Source: an uncultured Alphaproteobacteria bacterium
Lineage (GTDB): Bacteria; Pseudomonadota; Alphaproteobacteria; Rs-D84
DNA: 64,000 nt
Reading direction: 5' to 3'
Assembly (NCBI GenBank): GCA_944389135.1
Contig: CALXLG010000002.1
Location: 24,362 to 88,361, forward strand
A program made the position numbers and the translations under genes. Position 1 is the first letter of the stretch, and every line of letters starts with the position of its first letter. Below are positions 1 through 7,357 of the stretch, one piece after another. The notes under the pieces were generated by a model. That model saw nothing but the letters and a program-made list of their open reading frames with translations. It was not told the DNA's origin and made no database searches.

Positions 1-20
1 GGCAAATGCCGGTATTTTTT

Positions 21-311
21 TTATTTTTTATCAGCAACACGTTTTCTAAACTCGCTGCTGGGGCGGAAAGAAGCAACCTTGCGTGCAGAAATTATCGCAG
101 GTGCACCAGTTTTAGGGTTCCTTCCCATTCTTTCAGATTTAGTAAGAATCTTGAAGCTACCAAAACCTGCAAACTTTACTTCTTCGCCATTTATCAAAGA
201 TTCTCTAATTTCTTCAAATACTATATCCACCAATTTATACGAATCGGCAGTTGTTAAACCAAAACGTTCACGTAAACGATTTGCTAAATCACTTCTTGTT
301 ATTGTCGCCAT
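21..311 (-). CDS. ihfA: Integration host factor alpha-like (HU/IHF family) DNA-binding protein
   Basis: 96 aa. The GFGSF motif and 'RMGRNPKTG...ARKVASFRPS' are typical of IHF alpha/HU. It sits 4 nt downstream of fabH, as in the alphaproteobacterial plsX-fabH-ihfA operon. Confidence 0.8.
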   Translation of the reverse strand: MATITRSDLANRLRERFGLTTADSYKLVDIVFEEIRESLINGEEVKFAGFGSFKILTKSERMGRNPKTGAPAIISARKVASFRPSSEFRKRVADKK

Positions 312-314
312 TTT

Positions 315-1253
315 TTACACCCTAATTAAAGCAGCACCCCACGTTAAACCACTGCCAAACGCAGGATACAATATTAATTGTCCTTTCTTTATAATACCAT
401 TATCAAACGCATGCGCCAAAGCCAAAACACCTGATGCCCCACTAGTATTTGCATGCTTATCAACTGTTATTAATATCTTTTCTAGTGGGAAACCCAACCT
501 TTCGGCACCACTTTTTATAATGCGTAAATTTGCTTGATGTGGAATAATCCAATCAACATTATCTGCTGTAATTCCAGCATGTTCCATAATATAATTCGCC
601 GCCTCTGGCATCAAGGTTACTGCTTTTTTATAAGTTTCTGGACCATTCATTATTATTCTATGGTCTAATGACCCATGCAGCATATCAAACTCTTTACCGT
701 CAGACATTACAACAGTATCTATTATTCCAGAATAGCTTGATGTAGAATGCTCAAATATCAAAGCACCCGCCCCATCACCGAACAAAACAGCAGTACTGCG
801 GTCCGTCCAATCAATAAAACGAGTCATTTTTTCAGCACCAATCAGCATAATACGATTATGAATACCAGCTGTAAAAAACGCACGTGCACAATGAAGCGCA
901 TAAATATACCCAGTACAAGCACCACGAACATCGAATGCCGGAGCATTGCTTGTTGCACCAAGACGTCCTAAAACCTGCACACCAACAGATGGGAAATCCA
1001 ATTCTGGTGTTGTAGTTGCAACAATAACCATATCAATATCATTTATGGTTAACCCCGCATTATCTAATGCCCGTTGTGCAGCAATTGTTGCCATATCAAC
1101 AACGGTTTCATCGTCACGCGCAAAATGACGTTCACGCATTCCTGTACGTTGAACAATCCATTCGTCCGAAGTATCCATAATTTTTTCAAAATCTTGATTG
1201 GTCATTACCCGTTCCGGTAAATATGAACCATATCCAATCAATCTACTTCCCAT
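315..1253 (-). CDS. fabH: 3-oxoacyl-ACP synthase III (FabH)
   Basis: Full-length FabH-like sequence ('FEKIMDTSDEWIVQRTGMRERHFA', 'NAPAFDVRGACTGYIYAL', 'IPHQANLRII'). I trimmed the start to the ATG at 1253, which has a GGAAGGA RBS. Confidence 0.9.
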   Translation of the reverse strand: MGSRLIGYGSYLPERVMTNQDFEKIMDTSDEWIVQRTGMRERHFARDDETVVDMATIAAQRALDNAGLTINDIDMVIVATTTPELDFPSVGVQVLGRLGATSNAPAFDVRGACTGYIYALHCARAFFTAGIHNRIMLIGAEKMTRFIDWTDRSTAVLFGDGAGALIFEHSTSSYSGIIDTVVMSDGKEFDMLHGSLDHRIIMNGPETYKKAVTLMPEAANYIMEHAGITADNVDWIIPHQANLRIIKSGAERLGFPLEKILITVDKHANTSGASGVLALAHAFDNGIIKKGQLILYPAFGSGLTWGAALIRV

Positions 1254-1336
1254 TATCCTTCCTTTTGTCCGGGGTATTATACAAGCCAAGATTACAACTT
1301 GCAATATTAAAATCTATGAATAAAATATAGTGCGTT

Positions 1337-1412
1337 GTCCCCATAGTTCAACTGGATAGAATAGAGGTTTCCTAAACCTTTGATACAGGTTCGATTCCTG
1401 TTGGGGATACCA
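1337..1412 (+). tRNA. tRNA-Arg (anticodon CCT)
   Basis: 76-nt cloverleaf: acceptor GTCCCCA/TGGGGAT, anticodon loop TTCCTAA, T-loop GGTTCGATTCC, encoded CCA. Confidence 0.85.
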
Positions 1413-1510
1413 ACAGGAAGCGAACCTATGGCAAAGGTTCGAACCGCAGCAAAAAGGCGGACGGCAGTACGCCGGTTGCACGACCGTGCAATTTTGCCAG
1501 GTGGCGCAGC

Positions 1511-1529
1511 ATTCCTGTTGGGGATACCA
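1511..1529 (+). repeat. Direct repeat of the tRNA-Arg 3' end (attachment-site-like scar)
   Basis: The 19 nt 'attcctgttggggatacca' at 1394-1412 (tRNA 3' end) recurs exactly at 1511-1529. Confidence 0.7.
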
Positions 1530-1550
1530 AGCTTTTCAAAGGATTTTTAT

Positions 1551-1880
1551 ATGAAAAATAAAGCGATAAAACTAGGAATTATTGCAAGTATTTTGCCACA
1601 CTTATTTTGCTGCGTATTGCCAATTGTGTTGTCAGTTATATCTTTATTTGCACCGGAAGTTGCGCATGCAGAATTTATCCCTCATTGGTTCGAACCATGG
1701 TTATTTGTTTTTTCTGCCGTTATGCTTGTTGTGTCTTGGTACCTAGTCTTACGAGATTGTAAATGTGAATGTGAACATTGTCATGAAAAAGGTGGTCATA
1801 AAACACAAAAAATCATTCTTGGCATAATAACTATTATCTTTATAGTCAGCCTGATTTTACATTTATTAGCCCACCATTAA
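1551..1880 (+). CDS. MerT-like small metal-transport membrane protein (3 TM segments, CC pair in TM1, Cys/His-rich cytoplasmic loop)
   Basis: 109 aa. TM1 contains 'LFCCVLP'. The loop between TM2 and TM3 reads 'CKCECEHCHEKGGH'. This topology resembles MerT. I trimmed the six-frame ORF to the ATG at 1551 because its N-terminus overlaps the tRNA. Confidence 0.5.
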   Translation: MKNKAIKLGIIASILPHLFCCVLPIVLSVISLFAPEVAHAEFIPHWFEPWLFVFSAVMLVVSWYLVLRDCKCECEHCHEKGGHKTQKIILGIITIIFIVSLILHLLAHH

Positions 1881-1891
1881 AAAATATTAAA

Positions 1892-3478
1892 TCACACAAA
1901 CTTTTCTGGTACCAGATTTGTAATATTTTTCCAAATGCGTCTGAATATCGTTGTGTCTGGCGATTTATGATATACACGCGGTTTTTTATCACCTGGTCGA
2001 CTACCCGTCCAAACAGTTTTCCCATCTTCCATAGTAACACGCCACGATGTTTTTGTATCTCTGATAATCATTTCACGCAACTTATTTGCAAATTCTTTAC
2101 TTTCAAAAATTGCAACATTTTCTGTATTATAATATGCACTGCGTGGGTCCAAATTAAAACTGCCTATCCATGAAATATCATCATCAAAAACTATCGTTTT
2201 ACTGTGTAATACAGAAAAACTTGACTGCTTTCTTTCGCGATCGTGTTCCTGCCCACGTAAATTTTCTGCAGACAGCATAAACTCATACACGTCTGCCCCA
2301 GATTCTATCAACCGCTTACGATATTTTTCCCATTTTGCATAAACTGTCGGCGCATTTGTAGACGCCAAAGAATTCGTCACAATTGTCATATGAACACCAG
2401 AATCTTCTTCATGCAACATATGTTCCAATCCCCCTTGCCCCGGGACAAAATAAGCTGCAGATAAATATACCGAATCTTTAGTTTGTCCCCACAAATGTTG
2501 CAATGCTTTGATTATATCCCCACGGTATTCTTCTTTTTCACGCATTGACATTTCTACTTTGGATGGTGGGTCTGCCAAGAATTTGCCACGCCCCCAGCTA
2601 AAATCAAATTTTTTGTTTTTATATTCTGATTGTGCCAAAGATATTATCTTATTGTATTGTTCTATATCTTCTGCACTTTTCTTTTCAATTTCTTCAAATT
2701 TCTTTTCAAGCTTTCTCAAAGCCTTTTTAGACTTTGCCTTTGGAAATACTGACGCAGGTATAGACAAATGATAATTCCAATATTCATCAAAACTAGCAGT
2801 TGCATACTTTGTCATATCCCCGATAAATAAAACATCTGTATCAGAAAAGTTAGATGCAGTTTCTGGATAAAAATAATTACTGCCAACGTTTCTACCGCCT
2901 GTTATGTAAGCAATATTATCTACTATAAATAACTTATTATGCATTCTAGAATTTAAGCGATTAAAATCTAGCAAAAATTGTGGATAGTATAAAAACTTAG
3001 ACCTATTAGAGACAGTATTAAAGACCTTTACCTCTATATTAGGGTGCTGATTTAACAACATAACATCTGCAATATCAGATTTAGTACCGTAATCGTCTAT
3101 TAAAATACGAACCTTTACCCCCCTGTCCGCTGCTTTTTTCAGCTCGCCAATTAACACCTTGGACGAAAAATCATTACTATAAATATAAGTTTGTAAGTCA
3201 ATAGTTTTAGTTGCCATACGTGCAAAAGCCGCCCTTATTACAAAAGCAGACAAACCGTCTTCTATTAACGTTGCACCGCTAATATCATCCGCACTACTTA
3301 GTTCTTTGGCATAGCACTGCGCAATTGGCGTTTGCATAGGGTCAAACCCATAATCAGCAACCGTTATTTTTGGTGCATAATCGTTCAAGCGCTTATCATC
3401 AATAGTTGTAGGAACCGTCGTACACCCAATAAGCGGCAATGTAAAAACAAACAAAGAAACTCTTTTAACCCAAAACAA
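1892..3478 (-). CDS. Phospholipase D / cardiolipin-synthase family lipoprotein (two HKD motifs)
   Basis: Lipobox 'LPLIGC'. HKD motifs 'HNKLFIVDN' and 'HSKTIVFDD'. The start codon is TTG, preceded by AAAGGTGA. Confidence 0.8.
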   Translation of the reverse strand: MFWVKRVSLFVFTLPLIGCTTVPTTIDDKRLNDYAPKITVADYGFDPMQTPIAQCYAKELSSADDISGATLIEDGLSAFVIRAAFARMATKTIDLQTYIYSNDFSSKVLIGELKKAADRGVKVRILIDDYGTKSDIADVMLLNQHPNIEVKVFNTVSNRSKFLYYPQFLLDFNRLNSRMHNKLFIVDNIAYITGGRNVGSNYFYPETASNFSDTDVLFIGDMTKYATASFDEYWNYHLSIPASVFPKAKSKKALRKLEKKFEEIEKKSAEDIEQYNKIISLAQSEYKNKKFDFSWGRGKFLADPPSKVEMSMREKEEYRGDIIKALQHLWGQTKDSVYLSAAYFVPGQGGLEHMLHEEDSGVHMTIVTNSLASTNAPTVYAKWEKYRKRLIESGADVYEFMLSAENLRGQEHDRERKQSSFSVLHSKTIVFDDDISWIGSFNLDPRSAYYNTENVAIFESKEFANKLREMIIRDTKTSWRVTMEDGKTVWTGSRPGDKKPRVYHKSPDTTIFRRIWKNITNLVPEKFV

Positions 3479-3678
3479 ATTTTCACCTTTTGGCGAAGAT
3501 TATAGTACACATTTAGCAAACTTTACAAGTCAAATTCATTAAAAAAATTAACAATCGGAAAATATGCTTAATAATAAAGCGCTTTTATAAAAAACAACAT
3601 AATAATATATTGTATTTTTTGTTTGCGCCATTTTTCATAATATGATAAAATCTGAATAATAGAAGGGAAGTTTTCGCT

Positions 3679-5964
3679 ATGAAAAGATTGATTGCAGTAC
3701 TTAGCAGTTTGTTGGTTTTACCTGCTTTTGCAGAGGTTGTGCCTGCTTATTATTACGAAGAAATGATGGAATATTCTGACGAATATGAAACACCACAAGC
3801 AGAAGAACAAACAAATGAGGCTGCAGAAGAAACCGAACAAAAAGTTAATACACCAGTTGTTCCAGCTGTTGTAAGCCCACGTAATTCAAATACACGTTCT
3901 GCAGCATCTAGGGCAGTAGCAACTTCTACAACTACTGGGCGTAATGTATCTACACGTACTTCAAATACTACACCAGCCAGATCGGTTACCGCCAGAACTG
4001 CAACAACAACTGTTGCACCAACGACCAACACTGTACGTACCACAACTAGTGCAACGACCCGTCCAACTACAACGGGGCGCACAACGACGGCATCACGTTC
4101 AACTGCGGCTGCAATACGTTCTGCGACCACACCGGGCGTAACCACACGTGCAAGTTCAAAAACAAATAATGTAAATACAGCACGCGCTTCTATTGTACAA
4201 ACAGATACCGCAAGCACACCTTTGTATATCAGCAATCGTGCAGGTGTCAGTACAACAGCTGCATCAGTTCGTGCCCGTATACCAACAGCACGTGCAGGGA
4301 CATCTTCTATAACCACAACTTCTACAGAATCTACTTCTTCTACTATTTCTATGGACGAATTGGCACAGGTAACAGATTTCTGTAAAGCGCAATATACTGC
4401 ATGTATGGATAATTTCTGTAATGTATTAGATGATAATCAAGGTCGTTGCAGTTGCAGTTCTAATTTGGATAACTATGCAGAAACAGAAGCGGCATTAAAA
4501 CAAGCAACCGAAGAATTACAAGATGTTGCGCAAAAGATTCAGTATATCGGTCTATCTGCAGAACAGGTTGAAACTTTGTTCACACAGACCGAAGCAGAAC
4601 TAGAAATGCAAACAACAACAGATAATACAAAACTAAAGAACGATTTGGATAAAATTAAAGACCTTATTGTTGATGTACAATCTGGCAAGGCGAGTTCTTC
4701 TAGCAGTGGTTTAAGTTTTGATTTATCTGGCTTGCTTGATTTTTCAATAGATAGTACAGGTTTTGATTTAAGCTCACTACTTGGCACCGGCAGCAATACA
4801 AACAGTATCAGCAACCAGCGTGGTGAACAATTGTACAAGACAGCTGCCGCACGTTGTAAGGCGTCTGTATTAAACAGCTGTCAAGCACAGGGTGTTGATA
4901 TTTCAATCATAACAAATGCCTATGATTTGGAAATAGATAAGCAATGTATAATTTATGAACGTACTTTGACAGAATCTAATGACCAGATGGCATCAACAGT
5001 TAGAAACGCTAAAAACGTCTTACAAAAGGCGCGATTATTAGTTGCACAACAAAAGAATGCATATAATTTGCGTGAATGTATAACAGAGCTTGATAACTGC
5101 ATGCAAGAAGACATCGTTTGTGGGGATGATTACGAAAACTGTCTTGATCCGACTGGCAAATACATCGTTAATGGCGAAGTTGTTGTCGGTAGTGAACCTG
5201 GCTCACCATCAAACCCAGAAGCATCGATATATTCTGCCATGTGGAAAAAAGGCGACGACAACCCTTGGGCAGATGAAGACTATACTCTTAGCAAATTCAT
5301 CGAAGATACTGTTACATCAACACCGGTAACTACTGCATCAACAAATATATCTGAATATTTACAGAATAAAATTGGTTGGCACGATGATTCTGACGGTAAA
5401 AATTATGGTATGTGCATATCTATATTAAATCAGTGTCAAGACATTACATATACTGGAACAGGTCAAAACCTGAAATATAACCCAGCAAACAATGTAATTA
5501 AAGAATTCTTGAACAGAACACTGGTTCAAATCAAGGCCGCACAAGATGAAATATTATCAGATTACGCTGAAGATTGCGTAACAGATGTAAAATCATGCTT
5601 GGTGCAAAATAATTACGACGCTTCAAAACCTTTAAGCACCAGCGTCGCTATTAACGCATGTGATTCAATAATAAAAACATGCATGTCAGTTACAGGAGAA
5701 ACAGATATAGAAGGAGGAAAAACTAACTGGATACAAAGCATAGTTCAGGGTTATAATTGCCCAGAAGGTGCAACTGGAACATATCCAAATTGTGACTGTG
5801 GTTGGAAATCTGGCACAAACACTTTAGGATATGATTTATCAAATAATGAATGCAAATCCTGTCCTAGTGATGCATTAAAAACGAGCCCTTATCCGTATTG
5901 TACATGTCCTAATGACAAAACATATGACCAGGCAACTAACACTTGTAAAACTAGCAGCCCATGA
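3679..5964 (+). CDS. Secreted protein with signal peptide, acidic stretch, ~250-aa Thr/Ser/Arg-rich low-complexity linker and a Cys-rich C-terminal domain
   Basis: Signal peptide 'MKRLIAVLSSLLVLPAFA' and RBS GAAGGGAAG. The 'TTTGRNVSTRTSNTTPARS...' region is mucin-like. The C-terminal domain has more than 45 Cys in CxxC-type spacing. Confidence 0.6.
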   Translation: MKRLIAVLSSLLVLPAFAEVVPAYYYEEMMEYSDEYETPQAEEQTNEAAEETEQKVNTPVVPAVVSPRNSNTRSAASRAVATSTTTGRNVSTRTSNTTPARSVTARTATTTVAPTTNTVRTTTSATTRPTTTGRTTTASRSTAAAIRSATTPGVTTRASSKTNNVNTARASIVQTDTASTPLYISNRAGVSTTAASVRARIPTARAGTSSITTTSTESTSSTISMDELAQVTDFCKAQYTACMDNFCNVLDDNQGRCSCSSNLDNYAETEAALKQATEELQDVAQKIQYIGLSAEQVETLFTQTEAELEMQTTTDNTKLKNDLDKIKDLIVDVQSGKASSSSSGLSFDLSGLLDFSIDSTGFDLSSLLGTGSNTNSISNQRGEQLYKTAAARCKASVLNSCQAQGVDISIITNAYDLEIDKQCIIYERTLTESNDQMASTVRNAKNVLQKARLLVAQQKNAYNLRECITELDNCMQEDIVCGDDYENCLDPTGKYIVNGEVVVGSEPGSPSNPEASIYSAMWKKGDDNPWADEDYTLSKFIEDTVTSTPVTTASTNISEYLQNKIGWHDDSDGKNYGMCISILNQCQDITYTGTGQNLKYNPANNVIKEFLNRTLVQIKAAQDEILSDYAEDCVTDVKSCLVQNNYDASKPLSTSVAINACDSIIKTCMSVTGETDIEGGKTNWIQSIVQGYNCPEGATGTYPNCDCGWKSGTNTLGYDLSNNECKSCPSDALKTSPYPYCTCPNDKTYDQATNTCKTSSP

Positions 5965-6089
5965 ACAGATACAGGGCAAGCAACGTTACAGGAATGTGGA
6001 GAAGGAACACATCTTGACCCAACAACAAGAACGTGCATTCCAGACAATTAACAATCCCCAATTTGGGGATTTTTTTAATCTTTATAAAA

Positions 6090-6536
6090 TTAATTAAGTG
6101 TTAAATTTGGACGAGTGGTACGCAAGTTATTCAATGATTTTTCCTGCGCTTTCTTAAACGCTTCTGGGTTCCATATCTGAAAACTGGTACCACGTCCAAC
6201 AAAAACAGCCTTGTCCGTTATACCAGCATGACGCAATAAATCTTCGGGGATAACAATTCTGCCTGTCACATCAAAAGTTAATGGACGCGCATCCGCAAAC
6301 AACATCGCAGACAAATCATCTAATTCGCTGTCAAAAACACCCATTTTATCGGTTGCATTTGCCAACTGTTCCATACGAGACATAGATAAACCTTCTATGC
6401 AATTATTCGTAAAAGAACGATATAAAACAACGCCTGCAAATCTTTCATTTGAAACCGAAGCCCGAAAAGAGGCCGGTACAGAAATACGCCCCTTGGTATC
6501 CAAACGATTTTCATAAGATGAGAGAAACAATGACAT
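6090..6536 (-). CDS. mraZ: Transcriptional regulator MraZ (orphan; not followed by rsmH or fts genes)
   Basis: 148 aa with two DxxxR motifs ('DTKGRISVP', 'DVTGRIVIP') and a typical MraZ N-terminus 'MSLFLSSYENRLD'. Confidence 0.85.
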   Translation of the reverse strand: MSLFLSSYENRLDTKGRISVPASFRASVSNERFAGVVLYRSFTNNCIEGLSMSRMEQLANATDKMGVFDSELDDLSAMLFADARPLTFDVTGRIVIPEDLLRHAGITDKAVFVGRGTSFQIWNPEAFKKAQEKSLNNLRTTRPNLTLN

Positions 6537-6611
6537 TTATTTAAGGTCCTTGTTTTTTGGGCTTCTGCCCGTTCCTCTTTCAGACTTCATACGAAACGTA
6601 GCACGTCTTTT

Positions 6612-6657
6612 TATGGTTGTCAATGACATTTTATAATTCTTTTATGGGATTTTATGG
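6612..6657. promoter_or_regulatory. Putative MraZ operator: three TATGG(G) direct repeats upstream of mraZ
   Basis: TATGG at 6612, 6643 and 6653 (the last two are 10 bp apart), in the AT-rich divergent promoter region. E. coli MraZ binds TGGGN direct repeats at 10-bp phasing. Confidence 0.35.
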
Positions 6658-6918
6658 TTTTATAAATAAAATGATAAAAATTTAAAATAAAATTAAAATA
6701 TTTGTATTTTCTTCTTGACCTGCGATTCGTTTTTGTTCTAAGATTCAGGTATAGACAAGGAGAAAACAATAAAAAAGCCCAGAAATCTAAGAAACTCCCA
6801 GATTTCCGGACAAAATATAAATCAACATAAAAAATAAATTAGTTTTTTTGTAAATACGTTGTGTATATACAGGACTAAGTTATTTTTTGCAAAACACCCA
6901 GAAAGGAGGGAACCGCGC

Positions 6919-7254
6919 ATGTCAAAAAATATAAAAGAAATTATGATTGCCCTGAATAAAGTTTTAACAACAACAGTTTGGGTTAATGAAGACCGCCAAA
7001 TTATATCTTTGTCAGACGAACTACAAATTGGCAAAAACAATGCGCCACGTTCAATCGAAGATTTACCACGTGCATCGTTGGTTGGTGCATATGTATCGCT
7101 ACAAATTCGTACAGATAATTTTGATGTAGCTGCCGAAAACTTAGAAACAAAAACTTTGGCACTACGCGTAAAAGAAATGGTGTTTGCAGAAGCGAAAAAG
7201 ATTATTGACGCTGCCGACGCAGAACAAACACAAAAAGTTGCAAAGGCTGCCTAA
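6919..7254 (+). CDS. Hypothetical small protein (111 aa)
   Basis: Strong RBS AAAGGAGGG 7 nt before the ATG at 6919. A hairpin terminator follows. Confidence 0.5.
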   Translation: MSKNIKEIMIALNKVLTTTVWVNEDRQIISLSDELQIGKNNAPRSIEDLPRASLVGAYVSLQIRTDNFDVAAENLETKTLALRVKEMVFAEAKKIIDAADAEQTQKVAKAA

Positions 7255-7321
7255 TTTTCCGCAATGCGCGGTTAAATAAGGGCATGCACAAAGTTTCTGG
7301 GAAACCAGAAGGAAGGGAGCA

Positions 7322-7356
7322 GCCGCCGACAAGTAATTGTCGGCGGTTCTGTTTTG
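7322..7356. terminator. Bidirectional rho-independent terminator
   Basis: 'gccgccgaca agtaat tgtcggcgg' followed by ttctgtttt. It lies between the convergent 111-aa ORF and the autotransporter. Confidence 0.6.
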
Positions 7357-7357
7357 C

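Noticed and set aside
1380-1880. Six-frame ORF of 166 aa that starts inside tRNA-Arg
   Set aside because: The N-terminal 57 codons overlap the tRNA and the att-like repeat. The coding signal (TM helices, RBS-like context) begins at the ATG at 1551, so I trimmed the ORF to 1551-1880.
3753-4316. 187-aa minus-strand ORF antisense to the Thr-rich region of the 761-aa gene
   Set aside because: It is a low-complexity antisense frame (V/A/R-rich) of a repetitive coding region and a typical spurious ORF.
6774-6790. 16-mer 'aaaagcccagaaatct' shared between 6774 and 23705
   Set aside because: A single 16-nt match in a 64-kb AT-rich window is within chance expectation, and there is no extended similarity around it.
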